In this document: positions 1-15,743 of the stretch, one piece after another
Layout: every line of letters begins with the position of its first letter
Position numbering within the stretch: the stretch's first letter is position 1
Assembly (NCBI RefSeq): GCF_009914755.1
Contig: NC_060925.1
Strand: one strand, 5' to 3'
DNA length: 64,000 nt
DNA from: the human T2T-CHM13v2.0 reference genome, Homo sapiens
The notes under the pieces: model-generated
Told to the model about the DNA's origin: nothing
Seen by the model: the letters and a program-made list of their open reading frames with translations, nothing else
The model's database searches: none
Translations under genes and position numbers: made by a program

Positions 1-300
1 TCGTGACCACAGACACACGAGCATCAGCTGGAGTCCAAGGAGGTTGCAAAAGTTATTTGTCTTTGGTCAGGTCACAGTGCTCCTGTAAATCTTGGCATAA
101 CATTGTTGCTTGTGCATACACCCTCCTTATCTCCTTTAAGCTTAGTTTTCAAAAGGGACTATTTTCATCCTTGCTTTGAACTATAAACTAAATTCCTGCC
201 ATAGTTAGCTTGGCCTACATGCAGGGATGAGCAAAGGCAGTCAGCTTGTGAGGTTAGAAACAAGATGGAGTCAGTTATGTTAGATTTCTCTTACTGTTAC
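1..300 (-). mobile_element. ERV1-class LTR fragment (LTR8/LTR26-like), continues off the window
   Basis: Reverse complement starts TGTAACAGTAAGAGAAATCTAACATAACTGACTCCATCTTG, typical of this LTR group. Confidence 0.6.
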
Positions 301-836
301 AAGGGCCTCTTTGAGAATCAGCAGTCTAGAATGGAAGTTCTTAATCTGGGCTTAGCAGAGAGTATCTGAGAAACATGAAATTCTTTGCAAACATTTCCAT
401 TTGTTCTTATTTTTGTAGAAGTTTTTTCCAGAAGTCTTATCTTTCTTGGAATCTTTCATCAATTTAATGAAAGGCTCTGTCACTCCCAAACAGGCTTAAA
501 ACCCCTAGTTTAATACAATGTGTTTCAAGATCTTGCTTCCTTTTTTGGTAAGGGAATGGAGGGTGAGAGAAAAAAATTGATTAAGCCTCCCTTTGGTGTT
601 GCATCACATATCCCTAAAGAGAGACCTGCAGGACACAGCAAAAATCACACCAGACTTTTTTTTTTTTTTTTCAATCTGGCTGTTTTCAAAATTCTGGCAA
701 TAAGTCACAAAGTATTCAATGAGGAAGAAATGGGAAGCCAACATCCTCAGAGGCCCACATTTCTATACTAGCTCAGATACAAACAGAACTTGTCCAGGAG
801 CGGGAAGTTTTATGCAGGAACACAGAAGAGTGGCAC

Positions 837-1410
837 TGATACAGACAGGAGGCAATACTAGGGAAATACTAGGCAGAAAAGGGTGGGGTCCCTGGCAAAG
901 CCCCACCCTCAAGCCTGGACCTGCTGCCCAAAGTGAGAACATCTATTCCTCGTTTCCCCCCTGAATGCTGCCTTTTCTAAAACCAACCTGGCCCACCTTG
1001 ACCCCCATCCTGTACTCATAAAAAACCCAGGCTCCACCGGCAGAATGGCAGAGTGGCAGAGTGGCAGAGAAGGAGAGAAGAGAAGCAGCCAAACGTCGGA
1101 GAGAAGCAGCTTGACTTCAGAGGAACGGCTTGACAGTGGGACCTTGGAGAAAAGTTTGGCTGGGGACGGCCGAACTCCAGGAGAAGACTACCTTCCCACT
1201 CCATCCCCTTTCCAGTTCCCCATCCCACTGAGAGGCACTTTTATTGGCAATAAATTCCTCCACATTTACGATCTTCGATTCATTCATGTGACCTGATTCC
1301 TCCTGGATTCCGGACAAAGATCTGGGTGCAGATGCAAGAGTCGTCACACTGACCCTCCACTGAGCTATCTAACATTTAAGCCGTCCACAGACAGTAAAAC
1401 TAAAAGAGTA
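837..1410 (+). mobile_element. ERV1 LTR, MER50-like
   Basis: Starts TGATACAGACAGGAGGC...GGGAAATACT...CCCCACCCTCAAGCCTGG; AATAAA at about 1249. Confidence 0.65.
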
Positions 1411-1702
1411 CGGTGTTTTAATGGAGGAAGATAAATAAGAGAGAAGGACACAGGAAAAGTGACATAATTCACTGATAACAGACAACAGGAAGAATAATCA
1501 TGTCCCATATCAGCCTGGGAAGGTAAGAAAGGCATCATTACAAGGAGTAGAATAACAGCTCTCAAGCTGGTTCAGTGGGCAAAATATCTGGAAAATTTCA
1601 TCAATGGAAAGGATGATAATAATCTAGGTCACTATTTCTGATTCAAGCCTGTGGGAACAAATGTGTTTCAGAATTTTAAAATGTTTTCATTTTGGAAAGG
1701 TA

Positions 1703-1920
1703 ATGTCTAGCTCAGGCTACTATAACAAGGTACCATAAACTGGGTGGCTTAAACAACAAACATTTACTTCTCACAATCCTGGAGGTTGGAAGTCTGAGAT
1801 CAGGGTGTCAGCAGGGTTGAGTTCTGGTCTATAGATGGCTGGCTTCTTGCTGTGACCGCATATGACAGAAATAGAGCTAGCTAGCTGGCTTCTTCTTACA
1901 AGGGTACTAATCCCATTGTT
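1703..1920 (-). mobile_element. MaLR LTR fragment (MLT1/MST)
   Basis: GGGTGGCTTAAACAACAAACATTTACTTCTCACAATCCTGGAGG...AAGTCTGAGATCAGGGTG motif. Confidence 0.7.
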
Positions 1921-1931
1921 TGTGATTAGCC

Positions 1932-2216
1932 TTTTTTTTTTTTTTTTTTTTTTTTTGAGATGGAGTCTTGCTCCGTCACCAGGCTGGAGTGTAGTGGCGT
2001 GATATTGGCTCACTACAATCTCCACTCCCAGGTCCAAGCAATTCTCTTGCCTCAGTCTCCTGAGTACCTGGGATTACAGGCATGCACCACCACACCCAGC
2101 TACTTTTTATATTTTTAATAGAGACAGGGTTTCACCATATTGGCCAGGATAGTCTCGATCTCCTGACCTTGTGATCCACCTACCTCAGCCTCCCAAAGTG
2201 CTGGGATTACAGGTGT
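1932..2216 (-). mobile_element. AluS, slightly 5'-truncated
   Basis: Poly-T followed by the antisense Alu consensus. Confidence 0.95.
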
Positions 2217-2395
2217 GATTAGTCAGCTCTCAGAACAATTGTTCATTGTTCTTCCCCACTTGGGGCCTTCCCCCACCTGGGGCCCCTTCTTCCTTGTTGC
2301 TTACTTATCAGGACTCCACATTGAAGATGTGAACACACTATCTATTAAAACTCATTCAAATATTGATGCTAAGTTTCAGTCATTTCCAGAATCTA

Positions 2396-3640
<1,245 letters not shown>

Positions 3641-4117
3641 AAATGCTTCAGAGTGAGGCTTTAATTATGGCAATTCTCAAACTGTGTTCTCGTGGAACAT
3701 TCAGTCTCAGCTGAGTGAGGTACTCTCTAGAGTAGTTGAATAATGATAGGGTTTTAATGAAAAAAAAGTGCGAGAGTTCTTCAAACCGTGCTTCATGAAA
3801 ACAAAATTCAAAGATAAACTTAACACAGTCAGAAAGGCACATTTATTTTCTAAAATCTAACCTGGTATCAAGGAACTCTGTTCAGCATTATGGAGTCCAC
3901 GAACTCTGTCACTAAGACCAGTTTGAAATCCAAACAGATCTGTGTTCTGATCTTGACTCAGCTACTTACAAACTGTATGATTGTGGACAAATTATCTACC
4001 ATTTCTAAGACTCAGTTTCCCTTTCTTTTATCTATCCAATCATATATCTATCAATTATCTATCATTTATTATTATCTATCACCTCTGTTTATTCACTTAT
4101 CCACCTAGGATAAACTA

Positions 4118-4428
<311 letters not shown>

Positions 4429-4479
4429 GATAGACATTAAGCTATTCATCAATATCTATTTTTTTTTTCCATTTAGGCA

Positions 4480-5020
4480 TTGAGGATGATCACACCTATG
4501 TCCTGCTCTAGCCAATAAAATGTGAGCAGAGGTGAAGACTTTTGTCCCTTCCAAGAGAAGCATTTAAGAGCTGATGCCAATTTTCCAGCTTTCCTTCTCT
4601 CTGCTGCAGTGATTGGCAGTGTAGACAGTGGAGCTTCAGCTGGTCAGGGTCCCTAAATGAAGGCACTGTTGATCCCACCCAGTATGGACTTGGCGTGAAC
4701 AAAAAATACACTATTGTTAATGTTTGTGATAGACAGATCAACCTCAAGGAGGGTTTCCAGGAGAAGACAGTTCTCACTGTGGTGGGTATGACTTGATATA
4801 CCAAACTCCAGGAAGGCAGAGAACTAGCTATTTACTTCATTTTGGTGTTCTATACTAAAGATTCTGAAAGCTCCTATCAAATCACAATTTATTAATTTAT
4901 AACATTAAAAAATATTCATATAGCACAGATTATATATGTCAGGCATATGTTATTGTTATGTTAAACTGATGAGATTATGGAATTGTTTATTACTTAATCC
5001 AATTTCACTTGATTAATACA
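4480..5020 (+). mobile_element. Old MLT1 LTR interrupted by a ~220-bp insert
   Basis: GCCAATAAAATGTGAGCAGAGGTGA...; 3' end GAGATTATGGAATTGTTTATTAC...TTAATACA resumes after 4950. Confidence 0.55.
4726..4946. repeat. Left arm of ~220-bp inverted duplication (partner 5841-6061)
   Basis: e.g. CAAGGAGGGTTTCCAGGAGAAGACAGTTCTCA and AGCACAGATTATATATGTCAGGCAT are exact reverse complements of blocks in 5841-6061. Confidence 0.93.
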
Positions 5021-5380
5021 TTGTCTTGCCTCTTCCAGAAAGAATTTAAAATTGCTTAAAGAGAAATACAGCGCAATAGGATAAAAAAGTGACTGAGTAA
5101 ATTAAGAATAATATATAACATTTGCCTTATAGAATCATTGGGAGAAAACATATATATCCATTAGTGTCACTGATAATCACTAGATATAACGGTATGAGCT
5201 CCTTTATATGTTTGGATCCTTCTGTATGCCTAAGCGATGGTCCCTCCACACCCAGATACCGCTTTCATTTTCCACCATGAGCAGGGAAGACTTCCTTGAC
5301 TTACAATTACAATCCAGTTTCCTTCACCCCACACTCATTATCGCCCTTATTTATTTATTTATTTATTTTTTAATTGTACT

Positions 5381-5723
5381 TATTTGCAGAACTTTGCTCC
5401 TTCATTCTGCTAAAACCGGATTCTTGTCACACAAGCAGGAAAAGTTAGGCATGCAGACACGTTGGGTGAGGGGAACAGAATTTATTGGGCGAGAAGGAAA
5501 AAAGAAAAAAAAAAAACTCTCAGCAAAGCAAGCAGGGTTCTTGCTAACAGGCCTCCATCTCACAGACTGATTCTAGGCCACGCACAGGAGCTGAAGAGGC
5601 CAGGCTCCTCCCCACTGCAAATGGCACGAACTTCCCCTGGGGCCCCACCGTGTTCTCCCAGTGCATAGGCCAGTTAGAGATTCTTCAGGGACCCTCCCTC
5701 TTATCTTCCTCCTGCATCTATCA
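5381..5723 (-). mobile_element. ERV1 solo LTR (MER48-like) inserted in an L2 fragment
   Basis: Reverse complement begins TGATAGATGCAGGAGGAAGATAAGAGGGAGGGTCCC; L2 3'-end-like sequence resumes at about 5780-5860. Confidence 0.55.
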
Positions 5724-5840
5724 CTTATCACCATCTGCCATACTTTCTATTTTACTTCTTTATTTGTTTGATAAACATTAGAGTGGAAGCTGTATGAAGG
5801 CAGGGATCTTTGTTCACTGCTATCCCCAGCACCTAGTACA

Positions 5841-6061
5841 ATGCCTGACATATATAATCTGTGCTGTGTAATATTTTTAATAAGTTACAAATTAATGAAT
5901 TGTGACTTTATAGGAGCTTGCAGAATGCTTACAACAGAACACCAAAATGGGTGAAATAGTCAATTGCCGGGCTCCCTGGAGTCTGGGATATCAAGTCATA
6001 CCCATCACACTGAGAACTGTCTTCTCCTGGAAACCCTCCTTGAAATTGATCTGTCCATCAC
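5841..6061. repeat. Right arm of ~220-bp inverted duplication
   Basis: ATGCCTGACATATATAATCTGTGCT ... TGAGAACTGTCTTCTCCTGGAAACCCTCCTTG. Confidence 0.93.
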
Positions 6062-6384
6062 CACCTTCCTAGCCTCTTCTCCCCTCTTCTTCCTTTTCTG
6101 CATGCTGGTTTTGAGACGTGCTACTCACTAGACAAACTTCAATAACCATAATAATGAGACGCAAAGTAAAATAATGATTAACCATTATTGAGCACTTATA
6201 ATTCATCGATCATATTTGTTCTAGCTTCACAGCTAAGTACATTCCATTCATGATCTCATTCATTAATTTCAAAAAACTCTGCGGGCAGTGATATTATGAT
6301 CCTTACTTGAAAGATGAGGAAATGTAAGCTTAAAATGCTGAATAATTTGCAGAAGACCATACAGTTCATAAATGGTAATGGAGG

Positions 6385-6880
6385 TGTTTTGGTAATCTAT
6401 TGCTATGTAATGATCCACCAAAAAGGAAGTGGTTTAAATCAATTTACTATTATTTATCATGGTTCTGTGGATTGAATGGGCTCAGCTGAGTAATTCTCTC
6501 TTGGGGTCTCCCATATGATTGTGAATGGTTGCAGGTAGATGGCTTCTGGCCTGAGTGTCCAAGATGGGTTTCCTGTATCTAGCATCTCAGATGGGATGGC
6601 TTGAACCCTTGGGGACTGGCAGGGCATCTCACTCTCTTTCTCTGTGTGGTGTCTCCAGATTGTTAGCTTGGACTTCCTCACAGCATGGAGGCCTCAGGAT
6701 AGTCAGACTTCTTGTGCGATGTCTGCCTTCTCATGAGCTATCCTTGGAAGCCCCACAGCGTCACTTCCCTTGCATTCTATTAGTTACACAGAAGCAGCTC
6801 ACATTCACTGTGGGAGGGCATAAATACACTGGAAGGCATGACTCATTGTAGGGGGGTGTTTTGGAGACTCATTATCTTGG
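6385..6880 (-). mobile_element. Old MLT1 LTR
   Basis: ATCTATTGCTATGTAA...CATGGTTCTGTGGATTGAATGGGCTCAGCTG...CTTCCTCACAGCATGG pattern. Confidence 0.6.
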
Positions 6881-9800
6881 TGGAATTTTTAAACTAGACA
6901 TTCTGAACCTAGGCTAGAGGTTGCAAACTCATTTATCTACATGGAACTGGCAGATGATTATGAGCAAGGAAGGCCTGAAGCAAGACAATTGGGACTGGGG
7001 CAGACTGTGCTGGACTGAAGAACACAGGTGTTATTAAAGGGGCACTTACTGCTCAGCACCAGCCAACTTTGCCTTACGAGACTACAGGCCCCTTGTTACT
7101 GCATCCTCTGAATTTTTAAAGGAAATTCGGCAACCTGGGTTTTTATACAAAATATCTTAATATGAAAAACCTGTTATTGGTCAAGCAAAACACTTCTGTG
7201 TTTAGCTTGTGGGCTGCTAGCTTGTGAACACTATTCTAGATCTCCAAGGTAACATCCACACGCATTAGCACAGCACACAAGGCCCTCATGACCTGCGGGG
7301 GCTACCTTGCCTGGCAGTCCAGCCTCATTTCTCACTCCTCTCTAACATTTGTGCATTCAGCAAGTATTTATTAATGCCTCCTTGTACCAAGTCTATTCTA
7401 CGTTCTGGGGATGTAGCAGAGAGTAAAACAAAGTCCCTGCCCTCAGGGGGCTTACATTGTAGTTGGAGACAGACAATAAACAAAGAATTGTGTAAAATAT
7501 CAGATGGCACTAAGTACCATAGAGAAAAATAAAGCCAGGTGAACCCTAGCTGGCAGGTTGCACAACATATCTTGCTCTCTTTTCATGCTCTCTTGTCTGC
7601 CTTGAATGACTCTTTTTCCTTTCAGCTTAACTGCCTTCTACCTATTGTATCACTTGGGGGCCTAGCTTGAGGGTTACAACCTCTGACACCTGTGATCCTG
7701 CAAGTGTGAAATTGATGACCGCCCTCCTTGCTTGTAAGGTACTTGTGTCTACTCTTACCATACGGTTATAACTGTTTTTTAAAGTTTATAGTTACTTTTC
7801 CATATCCCCCACTAGATAGTGAGTAAATTGAGGGTTTCTGCATATTCTTAAATTTTCCACGGATCTTTGTTGACTAAATGAACAGTCTCTTTGGAAAGAT
7901 CTTCAAGGAAGGAGCTGCTTGGTGGGAGAAGAATTCTCCTGTCCTCTGTTTTTCTTTTCCTTTTCCAATAAGAAAGTTTCTTTCCTCTGCTCTCAAAGCA
8001 CAAAACTATGCATGAGGTTATTTGAAAACCAAGTAAAAGGACATGGTTTGTGTCCTGTGGTTTGGGGGCTGGTTATTCATGAGTGTGAAATGTCTTACAT
8101 TTTCAGTGAGTCACAGGAATGCAACTTTACCTGGTTGTGAGACATCAATACACTCATTCTGTTTGCATATTCATACACACACTCATGCATGAAAAAAGAT
8201 GAAACACGTCCTTTATATCTACAGGCTGGGACTTATCTCTATGCATTTCACTAGGCAGATAAACAGGATGCACACTTATAATCGACAAAAATCAAACACT
8301 AAAATCTACTCCTGGCACTGCTCTATATCTACCCAGTATCTTTGACTTTCTGTGTGCTGTGGTTGTGTCTGGCTTCTGCTGCCTGGGCTTCCGGTGTGTG
8401 AAGCCTCCTTTGTCTAACATTCTGAGATCCCCTGTGAGTGTGACTGAGGCTGGCTTGGTTTTCTAGAAGACCCAGGAGTGGTTCTCCCTCTGCCCTGCAT
8501 GTTGCTGCCCTATGGAACAAGATGACGGCTGAATTTCTGTTGCTTGGTGGAGTACACACATGTTCCACTGCATTCTGGAACGCTTGAGCTCTCGAGCCCA
8601 GACCGCAGAGTGCTGTGGGCAGATCAGTCTCTGATCTGTCTCATCTCTGGAAACCCTGATTCTCGTTATGTCAGAGCCTCTCCAAAGGAAAGTAACCAGG
8701 GTAGAATCCTGCATGAGGAGAGGAGCAGCCTTGGGCGGCAGGTGACTGCCTGTGAAGCTTGTGCCCTGGAAGGTTGGCTGTGGATAAATATCCACCCAAG
8801 GGCATAGCATGTGTGTGCCTTGCCTTTTAAGGGAGGGCTGGTTGAGGAACAGGATGGTCTGTTGTGGTTGCAGCTCCATGAGCAGACTAAGCCAGGCTGG
8901 CAGGAATGCCCAGAGGGTTCTGAGCAAACTTAGCAACGAGGATTCAGGTCACTTACCAGATTGACCATTTCTCTTTAATTGGTAATTTTCTTCATATGAT
9001 GCTTCCAATAAAATGTGCCCAAAGGTTTTGTTGTTGTTATTTGTTTAAAAATAAAGCTAAAATAAATGGAGATAATAATTCTTTAAGCCCCATGTCAAAT
9101 TCAGCCTTCCCCATGAAATATTTCTTCAGTTCCCAACTCTGTTCTTTCCTCCTTCTCCAGTCTAAATATGCCATCTCTCTTCTTTAACACAGTACTAATT
9201 TGGAGTCTTCTTAAAGTGTTTCTCGCACTTTCTCTTTTTAATGTAGTTACTGTTACATAAGAACTTCTCAGCTTCAGTGCTGTTTTTCTGACCGTGGACA
9301 ATCAGGGTTCCTAGACTGACTTGTTCCTCTTTGCCTCCCTGAAGCAGTTAGTGTAGAGCTTTATGCCACAGGAACTCAATGAGCCACGGTAGAACCAAAG
9401 AGCTCTTAGCCTTGCACCATTCCCTTGCCCGCTCCTGGTGACTTGATGACCTGCACTGGCCACATGCTAGCAGGATTTCCAGGCAGACTGCCTAAACATT
9501 TCAAACAGATTGGGTCATGGCGGTAGAGCACATGGCGTGGCATGAGCTTCAGAAACGTGTTATGCTTAGACTTCCCATGAACTTTATAGCTACTTTACCG
9601 TCTGAGAGCTACAGACAATCTTTCCACCCCTGGTAGCTGTGTAACATCCTTGAGGACATGGAATATTTTCCATTTCATTATATCCCCACAATGGTACCTG
9701 GTGCCAGGTGCTCAGGAAGTATTGGTGGAGTGGTTGATTAGGTTGCCTGGCTTTGCAGGGGCTTATCAGTCTATAATTTACACCACTGACCTTCCCCCAA

Positions 9801-10934
9801 ACTCCAGGGAGGGAAGAGGGACTGAAGATTAGCAGAAAATCACCCAGGAAAGACAATAAGAAATGAAGGCTTCTACTCAAAAAGTAGGATTTCTAGTAAG
9901 TCATGAAGGCTTAATGCTGTGTCTTTGTGAAAGGACTGAAGTCTGCCCTGTTTGTGCTGGATGAAGGCAGGGAAAGAAGGACTTTGAGATCGGGATGTCC
10001 ATCATACATGATGGAAACTTGGGTTTTAGCAAGAGAGAATATGTAGTGGTGATGAACTCTAATTTCAGGCATTTAGGGGTACCTCTAATTGAAAAATTAT
10101 ATTCTGGGGACCTGGAAAGAATTGTGGGAGTCGGAGGAGGTGAAACCTCAACAAAAGCAGTTTCATATTCTCACACTGAAACTCAGTGGAATGTTAGGTG
10201 GGTGGGGAACTAGAGGTCAGCCCGGGATGAGCTCTTGTCTCCTGGTAAGCTCTGCTCTCCCACTAAAGCACCCTACTTAGGGCCAGGGCCCCCATTTGGG
10301 TGAAGTTAACCTTTCCTCTTCTCAGGAGCTGGCAGGACTCAGGCAGTTTTCATTGCCCTTTAACTTAAACTCTTATTCTCTTTAAGCATCTACTCAGTGT
10401 CCTTGTTGAGGGTATATTAGGTCTCTTTTGGTTGCAAATGACAGAAACCCAACTCAAATAGGCTTACACTGGAAAAAAAAAAAAAGAAAATTCTGACTTC
10501 TACAACTTAAAAAATTTAGTGATGGATTTCCCAGATTAAGGTCCAGTTGGAATCTGTCTTTGTCCATCTCTCAGCTCTGCCATCTGTAGACACTCCCATG
10601 TGGATGACCAGCCAAGCCCAGCAGAGCAAAAGCACTTCTTTCCCAGTAGCTTCAGCAAAGGTCCCAGAGCTACTCAGAAACAGTCAGATGGGGCATTGGA
10701 CCATCCATAATCTAGTCACTGGGGCTGACGAGACTCATGGCTTTAATGAAGCAAGCTGGATTCTGTCCTTATGCCTGGAGCAGTGGGACCAGCTGCAACT
10801 GAACCATAAACGGGGGGAAGCACAGGTGGTTGCTCAAAGAAAATTGGACAGTTGTTAGCAAAAATGGGGTGATGGTTGCAGGGCAAATTTACACTACAAT
10901 GGCCAAGTGCTGTCACTCCACAAGAACTCTGCTA

Positions 10935-11358
<424 letters not shown>

Positions 11359-12900
11359 TTAAGAAGCAGGTTTTAAAATGTTGGATATTTTCTTGAGGAG
11401 GGCAAATATCAATTTTTTTCCCTCAGTTCAGAGAATCAAGAAGCATAGTCTCTGCTATGCTATGTCCAGCTGAGGACAAATGTATAGTTTCTAAGATCAA
11501 TTATCTAAGGGCAAAATGACATCATAGATTTATCTGGATAGAAGTACATTTTCATATGGTTTGATTCCTATCTCCAGGGCAGCTAGGGTTTGTGCTTCTG
11601 TGGTGAGTGCCTGGCCTTGACTGATGCTGGGGGAATGGAGGTTTTGACTCTGGCCCTGCCACTCACAACTGAATGAGCCTGGGTAATTCACTGTTTTCCT
11701 GGGCCTCAGTTTTCTCATCTTTTATATTATAGTTTGGACTGGATACTCTCTAGTGTAGTCTGTCTTTTTTCTAAAGAGTTTGATTTTTAGCTGATAGTCA
11801 AATCCATAATAATCTGAGTTATAGCCTATATTTCTAGGTGAGGAAGCTTAAATGCTGTACAGGTTAAAAAAAAAAAAAAACCTAAAACTTTCTGCTTGAT
11901 TCAGGAAGGGGAGTTTGAGAGACAATAATGTTCAACCCTTCCTTCAGGACAAGAGATGTCATTAGGATGTGGATATCTTCAGACCCAGCAGGGACCACAC
12001 TTATGTCTGGAACACTGTCAACCAACTATAAGTATCTCTGACCTTGTGGCATGAAGCTGCCCACCAACCATGATCCGATCATCCCCTGAATGCATGAAGC
12101 ACAGAGAACATGAGGCAGGGAATGAGCGACATCTGTGCACAGGAAATCTCTAAACCAAACATATTTAATATTTAATCTTTTCCTGTTTGCTCTGAGGCAT
12201 TTCATTATTGGAAATGGCAGGCTGCCAACCACGATGCCCAGTACAGTTTGGGAAGGTCATTCCATCTCAGATTTCCAACTGAACGTTGAGGAAGTGATGG
12301 TGGATGATCACATTGTTGAGACCTGGGGGCAGGGTCCATGCCTAGCAGAGGGACACGTGGTAGATACACAGAATGAATGAATGAATGAATGAATGAGTGC
12401 ATGGATGGCTGAGTGCTAAAATTACTTCTAGTTCTGACTCTCATGTCTGAACACACGGATTTCCTTCCAAGAAATAAAACAGTATGTAGATGTAGGAAAT
12501 TGAGAAAAAATGGAGAACACAGAAAAGATGTGTCTGTGAACCAGAGAAAGGGGCTGTTGGGCAGGAGATACTTGGGGGGAGAGGTCATTGTGCCTAGCTT
12601 GTGCCCCCAGGCCTTCTGCAAAAGGAAGCATCTCCTGATGCTCCTCTGGCCACTTCCTCCATGTCCCACCCACCTCGCTGCCCCCCTTCCTGTGTGTGGA
12701 GCAGGAGCTGAAACAGAATCTACTGAAGGAGTGTTGGGGAAATGAAACCACTTTAGCGACCACAGTTACTAGGTCCTTATCTGTGTCTTTATTCTCTGTC
12801 ACGTGATTCTCTCCAGCCTCCTCCTTTGCCCTGAGTCTGGTGCTGGGTAACCTGAGCACAGGGAGAAGGAGCAGGAATCTGCGGGGGGTCACACATGCAT

Positions 12901-12903
<3 letters not shown>

Positions 12904-12938
<35 letters not shown>
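12904..12938 (+). repeat. (CA)n microsatellite, about 17 units
   Basis: Direct reading. Confidence 0.97.
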
Positions 12939-12941
<3 letters not shown>

Positions 12942-15743
12942 ACACAGGAGCCAGAGAAGTGCTTGCTATGCAGAAATAAGGGAGGTACAGAGCTGTAAGG
13001 GAAGGTTAATCCAGAGGTAAAGGAAACCCTGGCACCTTTGCTCCCTTGCTGAAATTCCCACCCTTACAGTATGGGCATCAAAGAGAGCCCAGGGCTGAGC
13101 CAGGGCTCTCTTTCTTTGTGGTTAAGTCACTTTGATGTGTGAGAGCCTGGATGGGGCAAGGTAAAGTGCATTGTAGGATTGAGGGTGTTTATTGGTTAGA
13201 AGTCTAGGAAGAGGCAGCTGAACCAGTGAGTCATATATGGACAGCTGTCCTGGGGATGGACAGAGGTGTCTCAGGCCTGTATGTGAAAACCAGGCCCTGT
13301 TAGGGGAAGGGCAGATCAGAGGTGGATGGCAAGATGCAAAGGTTAACCTCCGCAGTGCTGATGGGGGCGAGTTTCTAAAGCCGGCAAAGAAAGAGCAGGT
13401 AGGCTGGCCTTCACAGTGACGAGGCAGGGGAATGGGAGACAGCCAGAGGATGCCTGGGTAGGCAGACAGGGACTCTGTCAGAGGGCAGCATCAGGGGGCT
13501 CTGGACCTGGCACAGGAAGGATAGCCTGGGGCAGAAGAACAGGCCTCTTTGGATTTTGGCTTCTGTTTGGGTGGGATGGGTAATAGGTCTATTTCTGACT
13601 GACTTCTAATATCAGCAGCTTATGACATTTCAGCTTTTCTTCTCTATGACTGTATCTATGGGCTAGGAGGGGTCTCCTACCTGAGGTTCAGGAGGCCCCA
13701 TTCTCTTACTTGGTTCTTCCTGCCAATCCCTCCAATCCCCCCCTTTTCTCCAGTTTTCAACCTCCCTTTCCTCACTGACCTTTTTTTCTTCTTCTTCTTT
13801 GCTTCTTTCACCTCCACCTTCCTCTGTCCTCCTCTTTTCTCACCTGTCTTTCGTTCCTTTAATCAACCTCTCCCTCACCATAGCACTATGGACTTTGGAG
13901 TACGGTAAGGCCTTCTGGACATGTAGTGCAGCCCTCCACCCCAAACCCCTGCCATCATTTGTCTGGTGCTCAGACATCTCTCGGAACTGGGAAACAACCA
14001 TTGCTCAGGACAACTCATTCTGCTTGCAGCACTTTGATGGTTAACTCAGTAGGGATCCAGAGATGAAAGATGTTCCTCCTGTCCTTGAGAAACTCAGTGT
14101 CTAGTGGAGCTGAACCTTCCGCTGTTGGTTCTAGTTCTACCCCATAGGGTCTATATAGGCTAGCAATACTCAGTAAATATTTACTGAGCATTTTCAGTGT
14201 ACCAGTCTCTGAACTAGGAATTATAGACTCCAAAATTAACAAGAAATTGTCCCAGTAGTTATAATGCTTGAGTTTAGGAAATAGGAGAGATTCCCAATGA
14301 CTTGGTGTGTTAAGTGTTATAATAAGCAGGCTACAGGAACTGAGAGCAAAGGATTCACTGTGCCTGGAAAGGCTTCACACAGGTGGTAATGTTTGAGCCG
14401 ATTTTGAAAGGAAGAGTTCCCCAGGAAGAAGAAAGAACTTTTTGAGCAGAGGACATTCCCAGGCACAACCTGGAGAACTATGTCAAACCAGGAAGCTAGA
14501 ATAACATAAAATAGGATTAGTTATGAATGAAGGGAACAAACCAAGGAAGGGGCTTCAATGATAGAGATTTCCCAGGAAATGGAAAAAAAACACACAAACA
14601 TGACATGGAAACCCAACACTCAGTGTGGTTCAGTGAAGTCCAGGAGTAGGGACCCCTGAAGACTTGAGTTGTGCTTCATCTTGGGATTCCTGCTGCAGAG
14701 GGACACAGCCTTGTTGGCGTCCAAGTTCCTCTTCTGTAAATAGAAGAGGTGACAGCACCTGACCTTCCTGTCTTGTCGTTGGTGAGGGGAAGGATGCAGA
14801 GTCTGAGAAGGCTCGGAGCCTGGAGCACAGACAATTTAGTGAGATGATTATAGCTAGTGATTGAGAGTGTGGCTTTCAAATTTTTTTCTTTATCTTTTAA
14901 AAAAATAAAAATAGGAGGCATGGAGAAGTGGTGGGAGTGGGAGTGTGGGGGTGTTTGAAAGTGAGAATGAGAAACTCCAACTTGGAATTCCTAGGACAAC
15001 AAGTAGGGATTTTACTGTACTATTTGTTGGGGGGAATCTTATTTGTCAAAGGCATTCTAAGGGCATGCGAGAGTCCGCAAAGAGGAGGGGACAGTGTGGT
15101 CTGGTGGAAAGGCCTGAATTCAAATCCAAGCTTAACCACTCCATGGATTCTTCAACGTCCCTGGATCATTGGCAAAAGGGGGATAATAATACTTATCTTA
15201 GAAGACGACTTGAGAGCCAAATAAGACAATATCTATAATGTTCCTGGCACAGTGCTTGGCATATAGTAGGTGCTAAATAAATGCTTCTTTCCTTTCCTTT
15301 TTCTTCCTCACCTATCCCAAAAGAATATTGAGTTAGTATTTTAACTATGAAGGACGGAAACAACTGGTGAAGTTGAGGGAATGTAAAGACAACACTAGGA
15401 ACATGGCCCCCAGACTGTGAACGCCCTAAGGAATTGTGCCTTGACCATTATGTGTTCGCACCCTCCGTGGGTGCCATGTACGTATTAGGTGCTCAAGATA
15501 GATATGGGTGGAATTGAACAGAAACAAATGCTTGCCATTTTTCTATTTCCAGACATCTAAGATGTGGTGGGGAAGCACTAAGAGACAGGGCAGATTTTCT
15601 TTCTAACTCTTCCACATGCTGGCTGTGTGGTCTTGGGAAAACCCTCTCCCCTCTCAATGTCCACATGTTTGAAATAAGAGACAGGGCAGGATGATCTCCA
15701 TGTTAGTGTAGAGTTGCCTAAGGATTTAGGTGGGTAAGACAGT

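Noticed and set aside
8463-8936. 157-aa minus-strand ORF with a signal-peptide-like start
   Set aside because: Non-ATG start, no recognisable domain or exon structure
12205-12934. Overlapping 110-168-aa ORFs
   Set aside because: Include (CA)n and (GAAT)n/L2 low-complexity sequence; no homology recognised
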